This document shows, piece after piece, positions 58,241-64,000 of a stretch of DNA of 64,000 nt. This DNA is from Escherichia phage RudolfBernhard_Bas96, in sequence record PQ850623.1; one strand, given 5' to 3'. Under the pieces are notes generated by a model. That model made no database searches and had not been told where the DNA came from. It saw only the letters and a program-made list of their open reading frames with translations. Made by a program: the position numbers and the translations under genes. Within the stretch, counting starts at the first letter, position 1. Each line of letters starts with the position of its first letter.

Positions 58241-58551
58241 GGTTTAAGTACCTGAAATGCGAATACAGGGCGTTTACTACGCCATTGATTCATAGCCAGT
58301 TCACTGGCAGGAGAGCCATCATGTAAGTCATATATGAATGTAATCATATACTCTGGTTTCTCTGGGAAGTTCTCTGTAGAGAATGGTAGACCTGCTTCCT
58401 TTAATACAGGAACCAGTGGTGATTTGGCTTCACAGTAAATAGTGAACTCTTCATTGAATGCTTTACTAGTCTGAGATACATAATCAATATTACGCATCAT
58501 CTTATCGACATCAGTAAATGTATTATCATGTACTACTACAATGTTATTCAC
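58237..58551 (-). CDS. Hypothetical early protein
   Basis: 104 aa; ATGA overlap with both neighbours. Confidence 0.45.
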   Translation of the reverse strand: MNNIVVVHDNTFTDVDKMMRNIDYVSQTSKAFNEEFTIYCEAKSPLVPVLKEAGLPFSTENFPEKPEYMITFIYDLHDGSPASELAMNQWRSKRPVFAFQVLKP

Positions 58552-58805
58552 TCTACTTTCTCCAGGGTTAGGTATACTGTATTTGGTTGAGGTACATAGT
58601 CACAAAAACCAATTTCCTCTTGTCTGCCACTAGACTTCCAAATACAGTTTTCGGTTAGCTTAGGCTTTCTACTAAATCCAATTAGTGAGGCATTCTTACT
58701 CTTCTGGGGACGAGGTAATAAGGCTACATATTTAACCCATAATGGGACTTCAATAGTTTGCCCCATATAGTTAAATGATTTAGTTACAGGGAATGTAATA
58801 ATCAC
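58548..58805 (-). CDS. Hypothetical early protein
   Basis: 85 aa; ATGA overlaps. Confidence 0.45.
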   Translation of the reverse strand: MIITFPVTKSFNYMGQTIEVPLWVKYVALLPRPQKSKNASLIGFSRKPKLTENCIWKSSGRQEEIGFCDYVPQPNTVYLTLEKVE

Positions 58806-59023
58806 TTTTGGTATCCTTGTATATAGTTAATACGGCGAATACGCTGAGTAGATGCCTTAACAGCCATCTGCTGATTCTCTTCTTTATGCTGATTCTTTAA
58901 CAACTTATCCCATTCTTCCTGGTTCCGTTGTTTCTGCAATATACGACTACAACGCTTATGATTGGCAACTCCACGTCCTTTCTTACAGACTGGGCAGATA
59001 CCATAATCGCTCGTGTACATCAT
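58802..59023 (-). CDS. Small Cys-containing basic protein
   Basis: 73 aa; CPVCKK...HKRC; Lys/Arg/Gln-rich C-terminus. Confidence 0.4.
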   Translation of the reverse strand: MMYTSDYGICPVCKKGRGVANHKRCSRILQKQRNQEEWDKLLKNQHKEENQQMAVKASTQRIRRINYIQGYQK

Positions 59024-59328
59024 TGGCTTAAAGCCTCCATTAATATTTTACGAATAACGTTAACATCAGATTCAGTACCAATTAAACCAACAGGTTTCTT
59101 TGTACTATCTGTGACAAAGGATGCAATCCTTTCCATCTCTGCTGTAATTAATTTGTCACCACTAATAAGACGATTACGAAGGTAGGCTTCATAAGCTACT
59201 TCTATATCCTCTACTGTGGTTCTTTCATTACGAGTGAATGGATTACTTAATGGGAAGGGTAAATGTATCCGTATATTCCTGTCAGCTACCTTAGCTAAGT
59301 GAGGAAGTATACATACTATTTCATTCAA
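59020..59328 (-). CDS. Hypothetical early protein, weakly DUF4326-like
   Basis: 102 aa; PLSNPF...VAYEAYLRNRL parallels the GNPF...KYKVWL block of 57860-58240 but lacks the Cys/His motif. Confidence 0.4.
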   Translation of the reverse strand: MNEIVCILPHLAKVADRNIRIHLPFPLSNPFTRNERTTVEDIEVAYEAYLRNRLISGDKLITAEMERIASFVTDSTKKPVGLIGTESDVNVIRKILMEALSQ

Positions 59329-59365
59329 GGTTCTTTCTCCTATTTAAATACATATCTAACTATTC

Positions 59366-59403
59366 AAAAATAAAAAATAGGAGCCTCCTATTGGAGGACT
59401 CCT
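59366..59403 (-). terminator. Rho-independent terminator
   Basis: Imperfect stem AGGAGCCTCC/GGAGGACTCCT; ATTTTTTATTTTT on the - strand. Confidence 0.6.
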
Positions 59404-59405
59404 TA

Positions 59406-59534
59406 CTATTTAATACATGGGTGATTGAAGGTAACAATCTTACGTACTGGTTCAGATGCCTGTTTCTTAGCAGCCAGACGTTCTTTCATCTTCTGTACGT
59501 CAGATTTATTACCTAAAATAAGTGATTTACGCAT
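59406..59534 (-). CDS. Small basic ORF (42 aa), unannotated in the ORF track
   Basis: ATG at 59534 with AAGGA RBS 9 nt upstream; Lys-rich product MRKSLILGNKSDVQKMKERLAAKK...; ends right at the terminator hairpin. Confidence 0.25.
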   Translation of the reverse strand: MRKSLILGNKSDVQKMKERLAAKKQASEPVRKIVTFNHPCIK

Positions 59535-59538
59535 TATA

Positions 59539-60012
59539 TTAATCCTTACCATGATTAGAGTGGAAACCATATTCATTGTTAGCTAACTCTCTAGCTTCTA
59601 CAGCTTCGTCGAAAGTGTTGAATCTACCTAAATGCTTTAGCTTACCATTAATCTTTATACGAACTCTCCATTTACCAGCTTCATATCTTACTCCCGTTGC
59701 ACCCGACATATTATTAGAAGCTCTACTTCTATTACGATTGTTATCTTGGGAAGATACTGCCCTTAGGTTTTCTAAACGGTCATCTGTTCGTATGTGATTG
59801 ATATGGTCAACCATATAACCGTCAGGCAATTTACCGTTGTGCATTTCCCAGATTATAGTAGCTGCCTTAAGATGTCGGTATTTTACTTGGACATATACAT
59901 ATCCACTGTACGTGTCGAAACTTCCAGCAATATCCCCACTTTTAGCTCTGCCACTACTAACCTTCCAGTAGAGTTTGCCTTCACGGTAGGAGAAGAATTC
60001 ATGCCAGTCCAT
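59539..60012 (-). CDS. HNH homing endonuclease with AP2 domain
   Basis: 157 aa; HNH core VDHINHIRTDDRLENLR; AP2-like GVRYEAGKWRVRIKINGKLKHLGRFNTFDEAVEAR. Confidence 0.7.
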   Translation of the reverse strand: MDWHEFFSYREGKLYWKVSSGRAKSGDIAGSFDTYSGYVYVQVKYRHLKAATIIWEMHNGKLPDGYMVDHINHIRTDDRLENLRAVSSQDNNRNRSRASNNMSGATGVRYEAGKWRVRIKINGKLKHLGRFNTFDEAVEARELANNEYGFHSNHGKD

Positions 60013-60205
60013 ATTTGGTTCCCATGATTAATGACTTACGCATGTTTAGTACTCCACATAAAGTTAAAAGGTTTATTGTTACGTACAATTCTTACAGCCA
60101 TTTGATAGCCATTGAGTTGCACAACACCATAGTGTCGCTTCTGTACTCCAGTGTGATATCTACGGAAGATACATTCTTCAATGGCATCCTCAATGTTAGT
60201 GAATA

Positions 60206-60394
60206 TCACTGGTTCCTCTTTGCAAACTCTTCTGCTTGTTGCTTGTAATACTGAGTCATTGCTTTTTTGTGTTTAACACTGGCAATGAGACACTCGATAG
60301 TAACGAATGGCAGCTTAGCAATAAGCAACCATTTATGACGTAACTTCCAGCCTAGAAAGTAGAAGATTACACAGAAAGCGATGAAGTCTAACAT
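60206..60394 (-). CDS. Small membrane protein
   Basis: 62 aa; N-terminal TM helix FIAFCVIFYFLGW. Confidence 0.4.
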   Translation of the reverse strand: MLDFIAFCVIFYFLGWKLRHKWLLIAKLPFVTIECLIASVKHKKAMTQYYKQQAEEFAKRNQ

Positions 60395-60494
60395 GGTTAA
60401 TTCCTCTTCTAAGATAGCTCTATTGAGATAGCTTTACTTTCTAGGGACTCTTCGTCGAAAACCCCTGAAAAGTAGAACTTATCTTATCGTCTAG

Positions 60495-60526
60495 TTAAAA
60501 ATAAAAGGACTACCCGAAGGTAGTCC
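60495..60526 (-). terminator. Rho-independent terminator
   Basis: Perfect 8-bp stem GGACTACC/GGTAGTCC with CGAA loop; TTTTATTTTT on the - strand. Confidence 0.7.
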
Positions 60527-60535
60527 AGTTGTTGA

Positions 60536-60919
60536 TTAGAAAGTCAGTTTACGAGCATATTTATTCTCGTCTGCTGGGATGTCAGCAGCCTCTGCTTTCA
60601 CACGACGAAGTTGAACTTGCAGGTTAATGATACCTTCTTCACCTGGTTTCAGGTTCTGAGCATATTCGATTAACTGTTCCAGCAAATCGTTCTGTGCACA
60701 ACGCATAGCACGGAAGTCAGCATTGCTGCTATTAGTAGGCAGTGGTTCCTGAGTATCCAGTGGGATACCAGTAGGCAGAGAGATGAATTTCTCATCATCA
60801 GAGCCTTCATTAGCAATATAACCAATGTTCAGCCAGAACTGAGCTTTTGGCTTATCAGTTTTAGCAGTAGAAGTAGCAGCAGCGTTAGATTGACCGAAAG
60901 TGAATTTTTGAATAGACAT
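60536..60919 (-). CDS. Early protein (hypothetical)
   Basis: ATG at 60919 with GGAGAG RBS (track start 61018 lies too close to the promoter hairpin); 127 aa. Confidence 0.5.
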   Translation of the reverse strand: MSIQKFTFGQSNAAATSTAKTDKPKAQFWLNIGYIANEGSDDEKFISLPTGIPLDTQEPLPTNSSNADFRAMRCAQNDLLEQLIEYAQNLKPGEEGIINLQVQLRRVKAEAADIPADENKYARKLTF

Positions 60920-61030
60920 TTTGTACTCTCCAGATTGATAAATGTTTGATTTATGGGTTTGTCCGTCGGTGACTAAACCCAAGAAAAGACTTAGGATTTC
61001 GATAAGAAGTGGATTCATTCTTATCCTTTA

Positions 61031-61043
61031 GACGCGGAGCGTC
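61031..61043 (-). promoter_or_regulatory. Candidate vRNAP early-promoter hairpin GACGC-GGA-GCGTC
   Basis: Perfect 5-bp inverted repeat around GGA on the template strand, between a terminator hairpin and the next early gene; preceded by ATCCTTTA. Confidence 0.5.
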
Positions 61044-61102
61044 TTGGTTTTTAGAAGTAGAAGTAAAGTAGATAAATATCTACTTTTGACTATCTATCTA
61101 AT

Positions 61103-61133
61103 CTTTATAAAAGGAGACTCCGAAGAGCCTCCT
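61103..61133 (-). terminator. Putative terminator
   Basis: Stem AGGAGACTC/GAGCCTCCT (one mismatch) with CGAA loop; modest T/A run. Confidence 0.45.
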
Positions 61134-61139
61134 ATTGAT

Positions 61140-61463
61140 TTAGTCTTTAGTCAGGATGTCGATTACTTTTGAATATTCTGCGTTATAGATACGAGCGTTC
61201 TCTGAATCTTTGCAGAATTCTTCGATACTTTTCTTACGCATAGTCTCGTTCATAGCTGTTTCTTCAGCTAATTTGTTTACGAATGTATGCATTTCTAATT
61301 TAGTACGAATGGCTTGTTTCTCTGCCATAGTAGATACATATGAGTTAAGCATACCTACTGCTTTAGTAGCTGTGCTGAATGTATCTGCAACAGTAGTAGC
61401 AGCAGAGTTAACAGTACCCAGTAAAGTTCCTGCGGTCATACGTACAGTAGCGGCAGTAGTCAT
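61140..61463 (-). CDS. Early protein (hypothetical)
   Basis: 107 aa; Thr/Ala-rich N-terminus; 50 nt downstream of a candidate promoter hairpin. Confidence 0.5.
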   Translation of the reverse strand: MTTAATVRMTAGTLLGTVNSAATTVADTFSTATKAVGMLNSYVSTMAEKQAIRTKLEMHTFVNKLAEETAMNETMRKKSIEEFCKDSENARIYNAEYSKVIDILTKD

Positions 61464-61506
61464 GATGATAGCTCCAATAGTTGATGATAGGACGACATGT
61501 CCATAA

Positions 61507-61519
61507 CATGCGGAGCATG
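61507..61519 (-). promoter_or_regulatory. Candidate vRNAP early-promoter hairpin CATGC-GGA-GCATG
   Basis: Perfect 5-bp inverted repeat around GGA in a 215-bp noncoding G-rich gap; preceded by TCCATAA. Confidence 0.5.
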
Positions 61520-61678
61520 TGTAACGTGTAAGGTGGGGTAGGGTAGTGGCTACAGGGTCAACATACCGGGGGGGCTAGTTGAGTGTAAGGGTGTAGCCCC
61601 AGCCACACCACTGTAGCCATACATAGCTATCACAATTTTGACATGCAAAAATATTATAACTATCCCACTTATAAGCAG

Positions 61679-62017
61679 TTAAATAGGAGGTGAGATTCGG
61701 GTGATAATACGAGCTATGTCAGAGTAATAATCAGGATGGTTAGGGTTACCACTACTATGTCTTACGGCAGCATCTTTGATAAACACATGAGCATAATCAC
61801 CTAATAAGATGAAGGCTGACTCACCATTTTGCAAGATAACTATCTTTGCATTGCTGTTAGTAAGAATCTTATGCCCTTGTGCAAAGTCTGCTAACTCTCC
61901 TGGTTCCATTATTAGTGTGGAATCCCCATAGGACATAAGGTGGATGATTGCTTTCTCTGGTTCAGAAGAGTAGTGCAGTAAGTCAGTACCACTCATGCCT
62001 AAGAGTTTAACGTTCAT
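61679..62017 (-). CDS. Early protein, member of tandem paralog array
   Basis: 112 aa; shares hydrophobic core motif with neighbours (STLIMEPGELADFAQG). Confidence 0.45.
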   Translation of the reverse strand: MNVKLLGMSGTDLLHYSSEPEKAIIHLMSYGDSTLIMEPGELADFAQGHKILTNSNAKIVILQNGESAFILLGDYAHVFIKDAAVRHSSGNPNHPDYYSDIARIITRISPPI

Positions 62018-62056
62018 GCTTCAGTACCTGTACCAGATATGGGGATGAGTTTAGTT

Positions 62057-62341
62057 TCACCGTCTTTCCTTATAGATTGGGGTGTTATCCTCGAAGGATA
62101 GGATGTACTTATCTGTATTGAGATGCCACGGACTGAATCTATCCTGCCAGGACATAGGTGTTCCTGGTTCAAGTAGATGTACTTCTGCTTTCTTATTGTA
62201 TAAGAAAAGCAATCCCTGTAGTTCGTGCAAGGACTGTTCGTCTGGAACCAGGATAAGTACATCAGCGTCTAGGTTAGCTACTTCTTTATGGTGGGTGTAT
62301 TCATCCCAAGACAGAACTGAATAAATTTTACTGATAACCAT
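62057..62341 (-). CDS. Early protein, member of tandem paralog array
   Basis: 94 aa; DADVLILVPDEQSLHELQGLLFLYNKKAEVHLLEP aligns with 63539-63829. Confidence 0.5.
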   Translation of the reverse strand: MVISKIYSVLSWDEYTHHKEVANLDADVLILVPDEQSLHELQGLLFLYNKKAEVHLLEPGTPMSWQDRFSPWHLNTDKYILSFEDNTPIYKERR

Positions 62342-62658
62342 TAGTAGCTCTCGTCGCTAGATAAATATGAGGAAGGATAGAGGGTAATGAGTCTACCTGT
62401 AAGAGTAGTATCTACCATAGGCTCACAAGTGGAATAGATATATACCCGTGCAAACTCAGATACTTCAACCGATGTATCTATCTTAGTGAATGTAATTGGT
62501 ATGCCTAACATTAGACAAGAACCAATAAGCTCATCAGCTTCTTCACTAGGTTCATATAAGATAGTAGCACCATCCAGTTTACCACTTAAGCAATCTTGCT
62601 TAGTTACCTTACTGAGATAGCAGCTTGTACTTAGTGCAATTAATGAGTAGAAGTGCAT
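62341..62658 (-). CDS. Early protein, member of tandem paralog array
   Basis: 105 aa; GATILYEPSEEADELIGSCLMLG core. Confidence 0.45.
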   Translation of the reverse strand: MHFYSLIALSTSCYLSKVTKQDCLSGKLDGATILYEPSEEADELIGSCLMLGIPITFTKIDTSVEVSEFARVYIYSTCEPMVDTTLTGRLITLYPSSYLSSDESY

Positions 62659-62661
62659 AAC

Positions 62662-62976
62662 TTACATCCTTACATAGTAGTAACGGTACTCATCGTTCTC
62701 ATAGCGGCTACCCCATTGGTATTCATCAGATACCATCATGTACGGGATAGGGTCATTAGCGTTATAGTTGGTATAGACAGAAGGAGGAATGATACATACA
62801 ACCTTACGGTCATTACCTGCTAGGAAGAGTTGGCCCCTTACTTCATGATAATCTTCTAAGGTAGGAACCAGTATTACTTGTTGAGGGTTGCTGTTCATGA
62901 CTTCTTCTAAAGTGAAGTCGGTTGTGTACATGGACTCCCCCTTAACAAAACTGGGGACGGTCATTATGAATTTCAT
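62662..62976 (-). CDS. Early protein, member of tandem paralog array
   Basis: ATG at 62976 preceded by AGGAAGGA RBS (track start 63051 overlaps the upstream gene); QQVILVPTLEDYHEVRGQLFLAG core. Confidence 0.5.
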   Translation of the reverse strand: MKFIMTVPSFVKGESMYTTDFTLEEVMNSNPQQVILVPTLEDYHEVRGQLFLAGNDRKVVCIIPPSVYTNYNANDPIPYMMVSDEYQWGSRYENDEYRYYYVRM

Positions 62977-63337
62977 GATTAATTTTCCTTCCTTTAGGGA
63001 TAGGTCTGAAGAAAATGGAAAGTGTTTTATTAAAGAGGTTATGTTCAACAATCATTTCCCAGCCAGGTACTTTATAGAACCTAACTCCTGGGAAGAATGT
63101 TTCGAAGTCTACATACTCAGTAAGGTCGTATACAACTGGTTCAGTAAGTATACGCGTATTGATTTGTAGGTTACTTAAGAAAAATGAACCAACTATCTCA
63201 TGGGATTCTTCGCAGTCTGGTAGGAAGACTACATGTTTAGATAGGAACTTACTTACCATCTCTGGTTCCCCTAGGTAGTAGGGTTCCTGCTTACGTAGTA
63301 CTCCAGTAATATCAATATCAAAAGCGTAGATGCACAT
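62942..63337 (-). CDS. Early protein, member of tandem paralog array
   Basis: 131 aa; GGAGGT RBS; KHVVFLPDCEESHEIVGSFFLSN core. Confidence 0.5.
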   Translation of the reverse strand: MCIYAFDIDITGVLRKQEPYYLGEPEMVSKFLSKHVVFLPDCEESHEIVGSFFLSNLQINTRILTEPVVYDLTEYVDFETFFPGVRFYKVPGWEMIVEHNLFNKTLSIFFRPIPKGRKINHEIHNDRPQFC

Positions 63338-63349
63338 AATTGCATACCT

Positions 63350-63389
63350 CCAGAAAAAGAAATGGGGTAGAGCCTCTCGACCCTACCCC
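63350..63389 (-). terminator. Terminator/attenuator-like hairpin directly upstream of an early gene RBS
   Basis: Stem GGGGTAG/CTACCCC enclosing a 12-nt loop, followed on the - strand by ATTTCTTTTTCTGGAGGT (T run merging into the RBS). Confidence 0.4.
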
Positions 63390-63445
63390 TTACCGTTTTC
63401 AATCACGGGTCAGTTCATCCCCCTAGGTACTTATGTACCGTTAGA

Positions 63446-63458
63446 CCTACGGAGTAGG
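63446..63458 (-). promoter_or_regulatory. Candidate vRNAP early-promoter hairpin CCTAC-GGA-GTAGG
   Basis: Perfect 5-bp inverted repeat around GGA on the template strand, between the first two early genes in the window. Confidence 0.45.
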
Positions 63459-63538
63459 AAAGGAGCCGGGGAACCCTGACTGTAGAAGTTATTAACTCTT
63501 TACGAGTACCGCCACTGTCTACTAGGCGGTATGACTAA

Positions 63539-63829
63539 TCACATCATCACCGTCATCCGAACGCTGTCTTTGCTTCGTTTGATGGAGACACTATGAGGTA
63601 ATTTTGTGAAGAACACAAGAGCTGAAAATCGTTTTTCTAAAGAGTAAGTTTCTCTTGGTTCTAAAATCTTAATGCCTGGACGATTCTCTAACAGCATCAT
63701 CCCAGCTAATTCATGATAGGTATCTTCATCATGTGTAATGATAATATCATCCGGTAGAATACCAGCCTTGGTGTGGTCTAGCTCTTTGTATTCATCTTTA
63801 GAGTCGTGGACTCTCATATAGATTCTCAA
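63539..63829 (-). CDS. Early protein, member of tandem paralog array
   Basis: 96 aa; PDDIIITHDEDTYHELAGMMLLENRPGIKILEP aligns with 62057-62341. Confidence 0.5.
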   Translation of the reverse strand: MRIYMRVHDSKDEYKELDHTKAGILPDDIIITHDEDTYHELAGMMLLENRPGIKILEPRETYSLEKRFSALVFFTKLPHSVSIKRSKDSVRMTVMM

Positions 63830-64000
63830 GATAATACTCCTTGGGGAATAGGGTCATCGGAACATTACATACTATTTAGTATCATGAACTTTTTCTATAT
63901 CATGACTAAAGTGTAACTGTATGATATGGTTTCTACAAGGGGTATCTCACCCCAAGAAAAGAATCTTCGTTAATAGACATAACTTTGTAGAGAGATAAGT

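Noticed and set aside
62014-62262. 82-aa - strand ORF overlapping the 62057-62341 paralog in another frame
   Set aside because: The overlapping frame carries the family motif; this frame does not and has no RBS.
63946-63960. Hairpin GGGGT-ATCTC-ACCCC upstream of the last early gene as a fifth vRNAP promoter
   Set aside because: The loop is 5 nt and not GGA, so it does not match the other four; kept out of the promoter set.
1-64000. CRISPR array, integrase or attachment site, rRNA
   Set aside because: No regularly spaced direct repeats, no tyrosine or serine recombinase-like ORF and no rRNA-like sequence seen; the content is consistent with a strictly lytic phage.

Overview
This window looks like most of the genome of a lytic N4-like (Schitoviridae-type) podophage; all calls below are from reading the sequence and ORF track by eye, with no searches run. 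Positions 1-24620 (+ strand) carry the late module in N4 gene order: a lysis cassette (holin-like proteins, GH108 endolysin with a SAR-like N-terminus, Rz with embedded Rz1), portal, acidic scaffold-like protein, major capsid protein, five virion/ejection proteins and a 3599-aa virion RNA polymerase (vRNAP). Positions 24655-63829 (- strand) carry the early/middle module: a tandem array of paralogous small early genes, a split T7-like RNAP II (two subunit genes separated by a homing-endonuclease ORF), an Ig-like decoration protein, an AAA/VWA pair, dCTP deaminase, ThyX, rIIA/rIIB-like proteins, Dda-like helicase, family-A DNA polymerase, a primase-like protein, RuvC-like resolvase and an SSB-like protein. 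A 2-kb ORF-free stretch (26.1-28.2 kb) holds tRNA-like elements and many stable hairpins. The most interesting signals are four template-strand hairpins of the form N5-GGA-N5 upstream of early genes (candidate vRNAP promoters), a P-loop ATPase gene split by an HNH endonuclease ORF (possible group I intron), and a gp49-like/DUF2829 (Tad2-like) fusion next to the vRNAP gene. No integrase, CRISPR array or rRNA was seen; terminase and tail genes are not in the window and are expected left of position 1. Nearly all intergenic gaps contain hairpin plus T-run terminators.
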